A DNA stretch of 64,000 bases from Octopus sinensis (GCF_006345805.1 NC_043010.1:496001-560000); one strand, 5' to 3'. Positions 1 through 13,282 are shown, counted from the first letter of the stretch. Notes: generated by a model not told the origin, from the letters alone. Numbers and translations: made by a program.

Positions 1-120
1 TACACACACACACACGCACACAGCCCCTTTGCTCCGCATGGTCTCATCATGCTCCCTCCCCCTTTCATTTACCATTGATCTGCCATCCAATGTCACTAAT
101 TGACTTCAACTGTGGAAATT

Positions 121-173
121 TGATTATTAAATATCGTTAAGTTTTAATGGCAGTCTTTCGAGGTGGATACATG

Positions 174-231
<58 letters not shown>

Positions 232-1285
232 CATATATATATATATACATATACATGTTTGTGTGTCTGTGTACGTGTATATGTATATATATGTGTGTGT
301 GTCAGTGCATGTGTATTTATATATGTGTTTGTGTGTGTCTGTGTGCATATATATGTGCATATATGTGTATGCACATGTGTCTGTGTGTGTGTATATGTGC
401 ATACATGTGTGTTTGTATGTGTGTCTGTTTGTCTGTGCGCATGTGTATATGTATATATGTGTCTGTTTCTATATATGCATGTATGTATGTATCTATGTAT
501 GTATGTATGTATGTTTGTGAATGTGTATGCCTATTAAACATTGTTAAATTTCAAGGGGAGTGCTTATGTGTGTTTGTGTGTATCAGTTCTCTATGTATAT
601 GTACATATGTATATCTTTCTATGTGGATATATACATGTTTGTGTTAATCTGTATTTGTCAATATATATGTGTGTGTATGTGTGCATATATATTTGTATAT
701 ACGTGTGTTTGTGTCTTTATATATGCATGTATGTGTTTTATTCTCTGGCGTGATTATTAACCATTGTTAAATTCTAATGAGTCTCTATGTGTGTATACAT
801 GTTTGTGTGTGTCTTAAGGCCTTAAGTATATGTAAATATACGTGTGTGTATTTGCATGGGTGTTTATATATGATGATTCATGTATGCATATGTATATTTT
901 TGTGTATACACTCACATGCACACATACATACACACACACACACACATAAAATATATGTATGTGTATGTGTGTCAGTGTATGTATATTTGTATATAATTAT
1001 GTGTGTCAGTGTATGTATATTTGGATATAATTATTAACCATCGTTAACTTCTAATGATAGTCATTTTAGGGTGGTGATAGGTTATCTCTCTCTCTCTCTC
1101 TCGCTCTCTTTCTATACATGTGTGTGTGTGTGTGTATTTATATATTTTTGTATGTTTATATATTTTTGTATGTGTGATTGTACCTGTATATGTGAATGGG
1201 TATATATGAATGTGTGTATGATTATTAACCATCATTAAGATCCAATAGCAATCATTTCAAACTGGGTCTGATGATATTAATTAGT

Positions 1286-1321
<36 letters not shown>

Positions 1322-1333
1322 TGTGTATGTGTG

Positions 1334-1366
<33 letters not shown>

Positions 1367-1400
1367 GTGTGTATGGTTATCATTAAGCTCTAATGACGGT
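121..1400. repeat. Degenerate array: six copies of a ~30-bp core (TGATTATTAACCATCGTTAARTTCTAATGA-like) separated by (TA)/(TG)-rich spacers
   Basis: Cores read at ~121, 529, 751, 1029, 1219 and 1369 (last one degenerate). Confidence 0.7.
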
Positions 1401-1679
1401 GTTTTCGAATGGATGATAATGTGATGTTCGTCATAGGGATATGCACGTGTACATGTCTCTATGTGTGTGGGTATGTGCATGCATGTGTATGTGTGTATGT
1501 ATGTTTCTTTTTTAATTATCTGAATTCTTTCTTCAAGAAGGAAGCTAGTTTTTAACAAAGAATCAAAATGGCACAACTGAAATTCAGATTCCAACAGCAA
1601 GCAACATTTTGTGCATAAATGTAGTTATATATGTGTAGTCTATTTTTGTGTATTTATGTATGTGTAGTTAAATATGTAG

Positions 1680-1930
1680 TGAGGGCATGTGGCCTAGTGG
1701 TTAGAGTGCTATGCTCATGATCATGAGACCATGGTTTCGATTCCTGAACTGGGCAGTATGATATAGCTCTATTTCATGTAGCTCTGCGATTACTTCGACA
1801 TCTGATGTGTGGTACACTGTGCTCCTGTATAGGCAATGCTGATTTGATGGAAAGAGTGAGCTAATGCTCACCACAAACGTATGATAATCTGTGCAGGTTG
1901 TTTGACTGGAAATTGCAGAACTATTTTTCT
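1680..1930 (+). mobile_element. tRNA-derived SINE (family H)
   Basis: A-box TGGCCTAGTGG and B-box GGTTTCGATTCC; body (gatttgatgga..gagctaatg) shared with the copy at ~28870. Confidence 0.8.
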
Positions 1931-2065
1931 TGGTCTCAAGAGACTGCTATTATATATGTGTAGTTGTAAAGTGTATATTACCCGATCACTCTCTTTGTCT
2001 CAAAAATCAAATCTTCCTATGATTGTCACATAAATATTCACTAACATAACCAATTATGGGTTTAA

Positions 2066-2283
2066 CCATTTAGCATTCAAATTATTCTGTCAAATGAAAA
2101 GTGTTCATTCACACTGGTTTGAAATAATAATGTATTATCTCATAGCTTTGCGATTTCGATGAGGTGGTTGTTTACATTCAGAATAACATTGTAGGGCAAG
2201 TGTGAGAAGCTTGATCTAGCTGGTTTCAAAATAAAACAAGTAGAATATTAGGGCCAGATATGGCTTGTTTGAATGTGAAAGGG
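2066..2283. mobile_element. piggyBac-like MITE (family E)
   Basis: TTAA on both sides (2062-2065, 2284-2287); imperfect TIRs ccatttagcattcaaa / tttgaatgtgaaaggg. Confidence 0.75.
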
Positions 2284-2288
2284 TTAAA

Positions 2289-2445
2289 TCATCATCAACA
2301 TTTAACGCCTATTTTCCATGCTGGCATGGGTTGAGTAGCTATCAAGGGAACTGTCAAGGCCAGGAGCCACACAAGGTTCCATAGTCTGTTTTGATATGGT
2401 GTCTACAGCTGGGTGCCCTTCCTAATGACAACCATTTCAGGGCAG
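2289..2445 (-). mobile_element. RTE LINE 3' tail fragment (family B)
   Basis: catcatc tail plus tttccatgctggcatgggtt and ctacagctgggtgcccttcctaa, matching the reverse of the 3' UTR at 20520-20818. Confidence 0.8.
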
Positions 2446-2479
2446 AGCAACTGTTCGTTATGAATCAGTTATTTTTTAT

Positions 2480-4250
2480 CTCTTATCTCTTACTTGTTCT
2501 AGCCAATTCACTGTGGCCATTCTTGCAACTAGATATAGAGAGCTATTATACCACTATCAACCCAATTGTCCTTAATAAAGCCCTGATTTATAGCATGAGA
2601 AACTCTGATTAGTCCTGATGTAAAATAGATATAATACTTGCTGCACAAGCCATAGCAGATTTTGATGGTAGATTATGGAGTAGATTAGATAGGGAGAATG
2701 CTTTTGATATGGCAATGGGGTCATCTGACTCTGCACAGATGACAGACCCACTTGAACTATATATCCATTCATTAATCCTCTCTACCTTTCTAGAAGTAAC
2801 GGGGGGCTTATATAGGGATGACACCATATTTTGTCTGGATAGAAGTAGCGAAGTACAATTATAAAGGCATAAGAAAAGTTTCTTTAGATTTTTTTAAAGA
2901 TTTAGGACTAGACATTACTATGGGAAAGGATTATCATAGAGCAAATTTTATTGATGCTACATTCTGTCTTGATATTGGATTATTTGAACCATTTCATAAA
3001 CCAAATGATCATATTAAGTACATAAATGTAGCATCCAGCTATCCACCCTCAATAATACAGGGATTAGTTAAGAATATTTCTACAAGAATTTCTAGATTAT
3101 CTGCTAATAAAAATATTTTCAAATTATATGCAACTTATTATAATGCTGCTTTAGCTAGGGCTGGGTACCATGAGAAAATTCAATATATACAAGAAGCAAG
3201 CATACACAACACTGTCAATTCTTCCAATAGTTATACACATTGTACACTATTGCAACTGCATGGTATGAGAATGCACTGAGATGGAGAATACAGGCCAAGA
3301 AGAATTGGTCAAAACAGGGAAATACCAATGAAACCTCATAGACATACACAACATAATAATCCAACTGTTCATAACACAGTAAATTGTTCCAATCCTGTGC
3401 AACACACTGGATCAAATAAGCCAAACAACAGATATAGGAATCATGATGTCCTCTGGTTCAACCCAATTTTTGGTTCACATGTTTCAACCAAGATCGCTGG
3501 AAAAGTTTTTGCAGCTTTGGATAAATGCTTTCCTAAATCTAATTGATATCATACTATTTTTAATCAGCACACATAGAAGGTATTCTATGCTAACTCTGCT
3601 AATTTAGAGCAGCTTATGCACTGCATAAACAATAGTAAAATGTGACGACAGTTCAATAATCCACCTACTGGATCAAAAAAAAAAATGCATCTAAATACCA
3701 ACAAAGGAGATGTAAACCACAATAAAAAGCACCAATTATGGCCAAATTGTAATAGTAGAAATGCTTATGATATAGCTAACATGGTAACAATGTCAGAAAA
3801 TGAAGTCAGAACTGCCATATATACAAATAAATATGATAAATGTTCATGCAGAGAAAAATCAATATGCCCATTGATGAACCTCTGTATGAGTACAAATCTT
3901 GTATATAAATGTACTGTGCACACAAGGGGAGGGCTGTATGTTTACATTGGGCAGACGGCTGATTCATTTAAGAATCGTTATCACAACCATGTCACCAGCT
4001 TCAAGAGAATCAATAAGAGATAGCCAACATCTTTGGCTGATTTTGTATGGTGACTAAAGGAAGATAAAATTAAGTACAACATAACTTGGGCTGTAGTAAA
4101 GCATGCAAAGCCATACAATATCATTTCCAGGAGATGCCATCTCTGCTCTAAGGAATCCCTGTTTATTCTATGGACCAATGATAAGATCATTAATAGAATA
4201 TCTGAAAGATTCAAGATGCCTACGTGCATTTATATGTACTTTCGCACAAT
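2480..4250 (+). mobile_element. Decayed Penelope-like retroelement (RT followed by C-terminal GIY-YIG endonuclease; Naiad-like architecture)
   Basis: Frameshifted/stop-interrupted translation: FLQLDIESYY, FDMAMGSSDSAQ, GLYRDD (2805-2822), ANFIDATF, KPND..YINVASSYPP, WFNPIFG, CSCREKSICPLMNLC, LVYKC..VYIGQT..FKNRYHNH, CHLC. Confidence 0.92.
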
Positions 4251-4919
4251 GCAGTGAGAATGAATTTGAATAACTGTTAACATAATTTACTTTAAAGTAT
4301 GAATGAATGAATTTTAGCCTTAATCTCCCCATTATTATAAACACCAAGTAGCTATTTACTCACTTTGTGATTGTGAGTGCACCAAACCACCCGTGTGCAT
4401 ATGCTTACATTTTCATGGATGCTTGTATGAGCAAGTGTGCAGGCACCATGTGACTTGTGCAAGGGTATTTATACATTCATATCTGTTAATGGCTATTTTT
4501 AATACATTTTTCCCTGCATTGCATGTTCATTTCTTTTTTGCATCCATGATTTTAGTTTTGACCTTTTATAATAAATGAAAATATTTCCTTCATTTTGCTG
4601 CTTTTCTTTCTACAAAATGAGAAGATACTTTGCAGAACTGTTATTTTAACTAACAAGTTGTATCTGTTTGTCACACGATGAAACACAGCTGCACTGCCAG
4701 ATACTCGTCAACCAGTTGTTAAGTGTCCCACCATGAAGGATCGATGCTGGATGTATTTTAGGACTTGATAGGAGTTTTGATGGGGATGTACCTTCACTAA
4801 TCCTTGTGTTGGTATTATATTTATGTATGAGCATGATCAAGAATAAGTGTGCAAGTGGATATGTGTATAGGTGATTATTTCTCTCTGTCTGTCTGTCAGT
4901 ATGTTTGTAAGTTTAAGAG

Positions 4920-5060
4920 AATGGTTTTGTGGTTTAGAAGTTCATTTCACAACCACATGGTTCCAGTTTTGATTTCACCCTGGATCACCTTGGGGCAAAT
5001 GTCTTCTCCCGTAGCTGCCGGGAAATCAATACCTTTTTGAAGGAAATCGGGTAAATGGAA

Positions 5061-5064
<4 letters not shown>
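4920..5064 (+). mobile_element. SINE family A, 5' head only, degenerate
   Basis: aaccacatggttcc..caccttggggcaaatgtcttct..ggaaactg, as in the full copies. Confidence 0.7.
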
Positions 5065-5095
<31 letters not shown>

Positions 5096-5305
5096 CACTC
5101 ACATGCATGTATAGAATGAAAAGCAGAAAAGCATAAATTTCATAGTCATATTATAATTTAATTACTTTCAACAGCTGTTTCATTAGAAATAAGCTTAATT
5201 CATTCTATAATTACATAATTAAATTACATAATTAATGGGAATGTAATTTTTAATTAAATCAATATATATATATATATTCATATATATACATTTAAATACA
5301 TGTGC

Positions 5306-5384
<79 letters not shown>

Positions 5385-5547
5385 CGTCTATCTGTCTATC
5401 TGTCTATCTGTCTATCTACACACTTATATATATATATATATGTAGATGTATATATGCATATATATGTATATCTATATATATGCATATACATATATATATA
5501 TATAAATGAGTGTATATGTGTATGCATGTGTATATATATATATATAT

Positions 5548-5640
5548 CACCGTGACTGACCAGGCTATCAGATGTTGCTACACATCGCTGGTCACAATAT
5601 GCTTCGCATTGTTTTAGCCTTCAAATGATGCCACCCCACT
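5548..5640. repeat. Short interspersed repeat fragment inside (TA)n, probably a retroposon end
   Basis: Complex ~90-bp island between TA tracts; family identity not established from the window. Confidence 0.4.
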
Positions 5641-5655
5641 GGCTAAGTGAGCAGG

Positions 5656-5692
<37 letters not shown>

Positions 5693-6258
5693 TGGCTGCC
5701 CCCTAGTTATCGAGTATGGCCATTGCATGAAGCTTAATCAATGTTGTTATCGTGCAATGCCTGTGCAAGAAGATTTTTTTAAAGTGAGGAAAGGCTGTGC
5801 ACTGAGTCAATCCCACTCACTAAGCAACAGCAGTCATAATCCGAAAAGAAGAACAAGTCAACATCATCGGTAACCACTGAGCCGCAGGTTTTATTTTGGA
5901 GTTATCCCAGTTACCTGAGTTACCTTCTCCTAGAAGGATGCCCTAACAAAGGCTAGGAGTCCTTCACTCCCAATGGTTTAATCACACAATCAGGTATTCA
6001 GTCTGATTATTTCTATGTCCCTGCGCATGATACAGCCTTAAGACATTTATTGGATGGCCGTTGACTCTCAAGAGTTCCTCTGCCCTTTGACGGGTTTTGT
6101 TTTTCATCCCGCAGGGTGACCAATAAACACCCTCATAACAAGAAGTGGTTATGCTTTTAATAGAAGCAGACGACTCTGTGTGTGTGTTTCTGTGTGTGTG
6201 CTTATTATACAGGTAGTGCTCTGGCATGGCCATGCGACATAATGCCAAAGGTCACAGT

Positions 6259-6431
6259 CATTGCCTCTGTGAGGTCCACACTTGAAAGAAACTCAGCCAC
6301 TTTGCCTTTGAGGACCAACGCTCAAAAGGAATTTAGTCACTTTGCCTCTGTGAGGCCCAACACTTGAAAGGAACTCAGCCACTTTGCCTCTGTGAGGCCC
6401 AATGCTCAAAAAGGATTTGACCACTTTGCCT
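6259..6431 (+). repeat. ~41-bp tandem repeat x4 with alternating A/B variants
   Basis: cactttgcctctgtgaggcccaa followed alternately by cacttgaaaggaactcagc or ~cgctcaaaaggaatttagt. Confidence 0.9.
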
Positions 6432-6445
6432 CCAAGTAGTTGAAA

Positions 6446-6635
6446 ATGTACTGGGGTTCTTTAGATTTTTCATTAAAAAAATTTTAAAGACTTAACCATT
6501 TTCATACATTTCTCTGATTTTCAAAAGTTGAGATAGAAAGACGAGAAGTTAAGCATAGAAAATCGCAGAAATGTGTGAAACTAGTCAAGTCTTTAGAAAT
6601 TTAGAAAAGAAAAATACAGACGAAGCCCAATGCAT
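6446..6635. mobile_element. Old foldback/MITE-like element
   Basis: Imperfect ~77-bp inverted arms 6446-6522 and 6558-6635 (taaagacttaaccattttcatacatttct vs agaaatgtgtgaaactagtcaagtcttta). Confidence 0.65.
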
Positions 6636-6887
6636 TTCTAGCTTGTTCTTTCTATATTTCTATTTGTGTGGAATAAAATAACCTTGTTTTCTATATATAT
6701 ATTTTATTCAAAATGAAGACAAACACCATTCCTCCGTGTGATTAGCTGGAAAAATTGTTAAGATAATAAGGTATTTTTCTTAACATGAAACCAATGGTAA
6801 CCTTAATACACAAATAAAGAAATTTTATCCACTAATGTGGTGTTGAGCACTCATGCTCGTTGTTCAACATTTATATATATATAAAGA

Positions 6888-6937
<50 letters not shown>

Positions 6938-7408
6938 AAGAACATATATATAGATATATGTTCTTAACTATCCAGCAAATATGAGAACAAACTGTTTAAT
7001 TCCTAATTTTTCCTTATTCCTTTATTTTTGACTTTCAATTCTTAATATTTGATGAGATGGACACATTTTATAAAAGTCACTCCACATAACAAAACTAAAA
7101 CAAATATAAAGCAATCTCTAAACATATTTTTGTGCTGTTTCCACCTTTATTTTTTAAAACTATTTTATTTTTTAACTATTTCATTTTTTAACTATATATA
7201 TATATGTGTATATATATGTGTATATATATGTGTATATATATGTGTATATCTATGTGTATATACACCCTGAAGAGATCGTACTAATAATGCATAAATCACT
7301 GCACATAAATATGCAGTGTCGGACGATTATCATGAATAAGCTAACAGGAAATAAACATAAAGGTTGAATGTTCAAATTCTTCACTCTCCTTATTATCAAT
7401 ATATATCA

Positions 7409-7442
<34 letters not shown>

Positions 7443-7511
7443 TTGGGAGTGTGTGTGTTTGGGAGTGTGTGTGTATAAATGTAGGTCTCTACAAACCAGC
7501 CAACCACATGC

Positions 7512-7866
7512 AGGCATGGTCGAATAGTTAAGAATATTGCTTTGCAAACTAATGGTTCTGAGTTCAGTCTCACTGTGTGCCACCTTCAGCAAATTACTTC
7601 TACAATACACCTGTGTTAGTCAATGCCTGGTGAGTAAAGATGGTCAATGAAAGCTTCACATTCTGTGCAAATACCTGCGTGTGTTCACATGTGTATTTGC
7701 GTTTGTGTTTTTCACTCACCTCTAGACAACTAGCATTGGTTTGTTTCCATCCCCATAATTAACAGCTTAGCAAAAATAAATTCATATCAAGATTAGTTTG
7801 ACTAAAGTCTTTAAGGTTGTGCCCCAGTATGGCCATAGTCACCTGATTGAAACTAGTAAAACAATA
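7512..7866 (+). mobile_element. SINE family A, old degenerate full-length copy
   Basis: ggttctgagttcagtctcact head; gccccagtatggccatagtc..gaaactagtaaa tail. Confidence 0.75.
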
Positions 7867-8499
7867 CAGAATAAAACATATATATTGTAAAATACTGTAC
7901 TAGAAAGAAAGGAAGAAAGAAAGAAAAAAGTGAATGAATGATAGATAGATAGATAGATTGATAGGCATAGATGGATTGAATGATTGATTGATGGCTAAAT
8001 AGATAGATAGATAAATGGATCGACAAATGAAACAGATGGTTAAAGATTGATATGTGGATCAAGAGATGAGGTTTACAGGTACACAAAGTGTAAGATAAAA
8101 CAAGAAGCTATACAAAGAAAAATATGTATATGTGTGTAATCATATATATATGCATGTGTGTGTGTGTGCGTATGTATGTATGTATATATGTATATATATA
8201 TATATATATATAAATATATATCATTAGATATACATATATATATCATATACATCATAATTATCATTTATGTTTGCTTTACCATACAGGCATGCAACAACTC
8301 TTATTTGGAATTACAGCTTCTCTATCTCTCTCTCTCTCTCTATCTATATATATATATATATATATTATATATATTATATATACACAGATATAGATGAAAT
8401 ATATATATATATATGTAAAAAAATATATATATATAAATATATATATATGTAAAAAAAAATATATATATATATATATATGCATATTCAAATGATGATGAT

Positions 8500-8564
8500 A
8501 AACTGATGATGTTAATAATAATATAATAATAATAATAATAAAATAATAATATATAATAATAATA

Positions 8565-8605
<41 letters not shown>

Positions 8606-8790
8606 TAATAATAATACTAATAATAATAATATAATAATAATAAGATAATAATTATAATAATGATAATAATGATAATAATAATATATAATAATAATAATAA
8701 TAATAATGATTATACTTCTTTATTTACCACCAGGGATTTACAAAAATAATAACAACAATAATAATAATGATAATGATAAAAAAATAAAAT
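8500..8790. repeat. Interrupted (TAA)n microsatellite
   Basis: Direct reading. Confidence 0.95.
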
Positions 8791-9654
8791 AATAATTTGA
8801 TGTCTGCCTGGTAAGTAATGGTGGCTAAATTTTTTTCCCTTCAGTTCTTCCTAAATCTCAGCTTAGTTATTGTCATCTAAAAGTAATCCCATGAAGAGAT
8901 TTCAAGTCTTGGCATCACCGACCAGCCGACCGAATAAATGGCTCTTTTGGTTCCGCAGTTAAACTTACTTAATTTAACAATAAGACTTTAAGTCCATCTA
9001 ACTGGCTCCGTATTTATTTTATGGCTTCATTGATTACATTTTCTCCAAGACTTTCTTCATGGTAATCTTTACCGTTTACTCAGCGATCAGCCGTGTGTAT
9101 TAGTTTGTTTATATTAGTTTGTTTGTTTGTGTGTGTGTATATGTGGTTATATGTTTATGTGGTTTTGGGAAAAGAATTGGTTTCCACACATATGTATAGC
9201 TACGTGTGTGTGTGTGTGTGTGTGGCATGGTGTTCCTTGGTGTGCAAACATGTGTGTATGTGTACATATACAGTTCTGTATAGCAATGTTTATGTATGTA
9301 TGTGCGTGTGTGATTGTGTTTGATGTACGTGTGTATGTGTGTGTATAATTCATATTTATAAATGTAATTGTGAAGTTTGTGCGTGTGTATGTGTGTGTAT
9401 ATATATATATATATGTGATATATTAAGGCTGGTTAATACAAAAAGGAATATAAAAATGATAGCAATATATAAGTATGTATGTATGCATATATATATGTAT
9501 GTATGTACGTACCTATGTATCCCTCTATCTAGCTATATCTATCTATCTGTCTATCTCTCTCCCTCTCTCTCTCTTTATCTATCTATATAAGTATATTATA
9601 TATATATATATAATATATATATATAGATATATATATACACCACACATACACACA

Positions 9655-9690
<36 letters not shown>

Positions 9691-9878
9691 TATGTATAAG
9701 TATGCATATATTCTTGATATCAGAGTGTGACTGATTTTGTGTGCATATATACTCACAGTATAGCTTAATACATAGATACATGCAAATATTCATATACACA
9801 CACTTACATCTGTACATTATTATTGTTGATATCTCTCACTAATTTAAATGTATTTAAGTATCCTCTTTCTTTCTCCAC

Positions 9879-9879
<1 letters not shown>

Positions 9880-9955
<76 letters not shown>

Positions 9956-9985
9956 ATTCTATCTATCTATCTATCTATCTATCAT

Positions 9986-10041
<56 letters not shown>

Positions 10042-10055
10042 CCTATCTATCTATC

Positions 10056-10086
<31 letters not shown>

Positions 10087-10110
10087 CTGTCAATCTATCT
10101 ATTTATCTAA
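9880..10110. repeat. (TATC)n microsatellite
   Basis: Direct reading. Confidence 0.95.
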
Positions 10111-10381
10111 CTACACACACACACACATACATCATATGTCTACATACACACATGTGCAAAGAGCAAGAAAGACAGAGAGAGAGAGAGAAGAAGAGTGATA
10201 GCTATTTTTTTGCATATGAAGATATTAAGAAATAATATATTTACATTTGGTGAAGCCATTATGCAATTGCTCAGAACTGAAATGTTGGACTTACAAAACT
10301 TATACGTATCCACCCATAAGAGAAACTTACCTATGTGTGTGCATGAGTGTGCTTGTATTACTGTTTATAAGATGAAAAAAC

Positions 10382-10412
<31 letters not shown>

Positions 10413-11015
10413 GTATTCGTATACATATGTATATATATATATATTCATAATATATGTATGCATACATTTATTGATTGGTATATATATATATATATACATA
10501 TATGTAGAAGCAGGTAAATAGTTTCTGTGCAACTTTTCAAATAAAATACACACACAGGTATATCAATGACAACAGGCTTATAATATGTGTCTGTGTGCTT
10601 GTGTGTATGTCCTTGCATACACACATGCAGTTATATATGTATGCATGCATACACATACATGCAAGATCAATTCAGAGTCATACATATGTGTATACATGTC
10701 TGTTTCAACAAGCTGGGAAAGGCACACACACACACACACACACAGAGGAACCAACAAATATATATATATGAATGCAAACACTTAGACACTCACACATAGA
10801 CAGACATTCTCCCGCCCCTAGGCAAACATCCACACACATACACACATCTGCACCACTTGTCTCCCATATAAACAATACAGAATCTTTTCAAATGAAATAG
10901 CAATCCAACAACACAGATAGTACACTAGCATGTATTAGTAAGGTGGGTGGAGTTACATGGAATGTCTAAGAGAACATTGCAGTGGGAGTAGATTGAGAGA
11001 GCAACTGAGATATAT

Positions 11016-11429
11016 CTTTTATGCTCATGTCTCAGTTATTCGACTGTGGCCATGCTGGGGCACTGCCCTGAAGAATTTTTAATCATTGAATGAATCAACC
11101 TCGACACTATTATTTTTCCTTTTTCTTTGAGCCTGTTATTTATTATATCAGTCTTTTTTGATGAACTGCTAAGTTACAGGGATGTAGACATGGCAACAGC
11201 AGTTGTCAAGTGGTGTTGGGGGACAAATACCCCCCCTCACACACGCGCACACCACACACACTCACACACACACATACATGTACATGGTGGGCTCCTTTTC
11301 AATACCAGATCCACTCACAAGGCTTTGGTTGGAATTATGCTATAGTAGAAGACACTTGCCCAAGGTGCTACGTAGTGGAACTGAACCTAAAACCATGTGG
11401 TTGGTAAGCAAGCTTCTTACCACACAGCT
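11016..11429 (-). mobile_element. SINE family A, full-length
   Basis: Reverse complement of head, microsatellite hinge and tail seen at 22680-23100. Confidence 0.9.
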
Positions 11430-11478
11430 AAGCTTGCACCGTTATATATATATATATATACATATATATATTATGTAG

Positions 11479-11522
<44 letters not shown>

Positions 11523-11594
11523 GTAGATATGTATATATATATATATATGTACACCACACACACATACACACATACATACACATACATACATATA

Positions 11595-11790
11595 TTTGCT
11601 TTTGACTTGTTGCAGACTGCGAGCCTGCTGGAGCATTATTCAAGCAAATCAACCGTCCTGCTTATGTTTCCGTTATTATATCTAGGATTTATTGTAAATT
11701 TCTCTTTTTGCTAAAACTGATTTGCCATAAACAAACAAACGCCAGTCATCAAGTGGTAATAGTGGTAGTGGTGTGTATGTGGTGGGGTGA
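11595..11790 (-). mobile_element. SINE family A tail, highly degenerate
   Basis: gactgcgagcctgctggagca..caagcaaatcaacc. Confidence 0.55.
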
Positions 11791-12333
11791 CAAGTACGCA
11801 CACACACACACACACACACACCACACACACACACACACACATATCATATCATCTTTAAAAAACAATATGTATTTTTAAGAGGTCTTGGGCCAGAAGGATT
11901 TGAGATCTGATGATACAGCATAAGGCTAAACCCTTTATAGATGGGAAACCTAAGGGAATCCCATAAATCAGCCTTCCCTGTTTTTAATATACATACACAC
12001 ACACACACAAATACATACATATATAGATACAAGTGTAGATAAGTGTATGTATGTATGTATGTATGTATGTATGTATGTGTATATATATATAATAATTATT
12101 TGAGGGAATATTATTCCTAACTTACAGGGAAAAATTCAGTTTAGAAATACTAAATCAAATTTGTTATTCTACCTAATATAATCGTTTTTATTATTATTTT
12201 GCAATTTACTTAATCATCGGTATATTATCGTTATTTTAATTTTAATATTTCTATTATAATGTAATTTAATTGTACATTATGTATTGATAAAAGGTGTTTT
12301 TTTTCTAATTTATATATATATATATATACATAG

Positions 12334-12372
<39 letters not shown>

Positions 12373-13087
12373 AGATTGTTGCAATTATGCAAAAGTGTTG
12401 TAAGTCCAAAATGTTGCTTTTTCAGAAAATGAGAAAATAGTTTCACCATTCCATAGCGAAACTGTTGTACTAGACTTTGACAGTTTTTGATATCTTGGCA
12501 TTTGAATTAGCTGGAGATACGATAGTTTAACCAAAAGAACCGGCTATGGCAAGTGTAAATAAATATTGAAAAAAACACATTTGGCCAAATTTGGACATAT
12601 AACAGTTGACCATAACAGTACCCCAGCACAGCCACAGTGAGATGACAGAAATTAGTAGAAGGTAAAATTTGTATGCATTCTACTCATGTATATATATACA
12701 TACAAAAGAGACAGATAGACAGACATATAAATTGAGAGATCAGTAAATAGACAGAAAAATAGATAGATCGTGAAGTGAGAAACAAAGTAAGAAATAATGA
12801 AAGACAGAAAGTGTAAGGGAGAAGTAGAGGTGTTTGTGGAGTGGAAATCGAAATAGAGAAAAGAGAGAAAGAATGGTAGAGAGAAGAGGAAACTGAAAGT
12901 TGGAATTGAATACAAATTGTATATTGCTACATGCAGCAGCATGCATATAGCGTGGTGCAGTAGCATGGTATAGTGCAGTGAGAAAGGAATTTGTGTTGAT
13001 AGTCATCAGAAGTTAAAAAGAGTGATAAGATTATGTGCAGTGTAAAGGAATAGAATGTTTTCTATATATATATATGTTATATATATA

Positions 13088-13126
<39 letters not shown>

Positions 13127-13171
13127 GGGTGTGTGTACATATATGTAATATATATATATGTATGTGTGTAT

Positions 13172-13246
<75 letters not shown>

Positions 13247-13251
13247 TACAC

Positions 13252-13282
<31 letters not shown>

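Noticed and set aside
121-1400. CRISPR-like reading of the repeat-spacer layout
   Set aside because: The spacers are microsatellites of very unequal length, the repeats are degenerate, there are no cas genes and the context is eukaryotic
3640-4070. Selenocysteine read-through of TGA codons in the PLE
   Set aside because: The conserved Cys positions are TGT/TGC; the TGAs fall at non-Cys positions amid other stops and frameshifts
7267-7345. Hammerhead-like CUGAAGA plus GAUCGU/ACGAUU stem with an inner 7-bp hairpin
   Set aside because: No GAAA or NUH site follows stem II; at best a decayed relic
11900-11950. CTGATGA followed by a small hairpin
   Set aside because: No correctly placed GAAA, stem III or stem I
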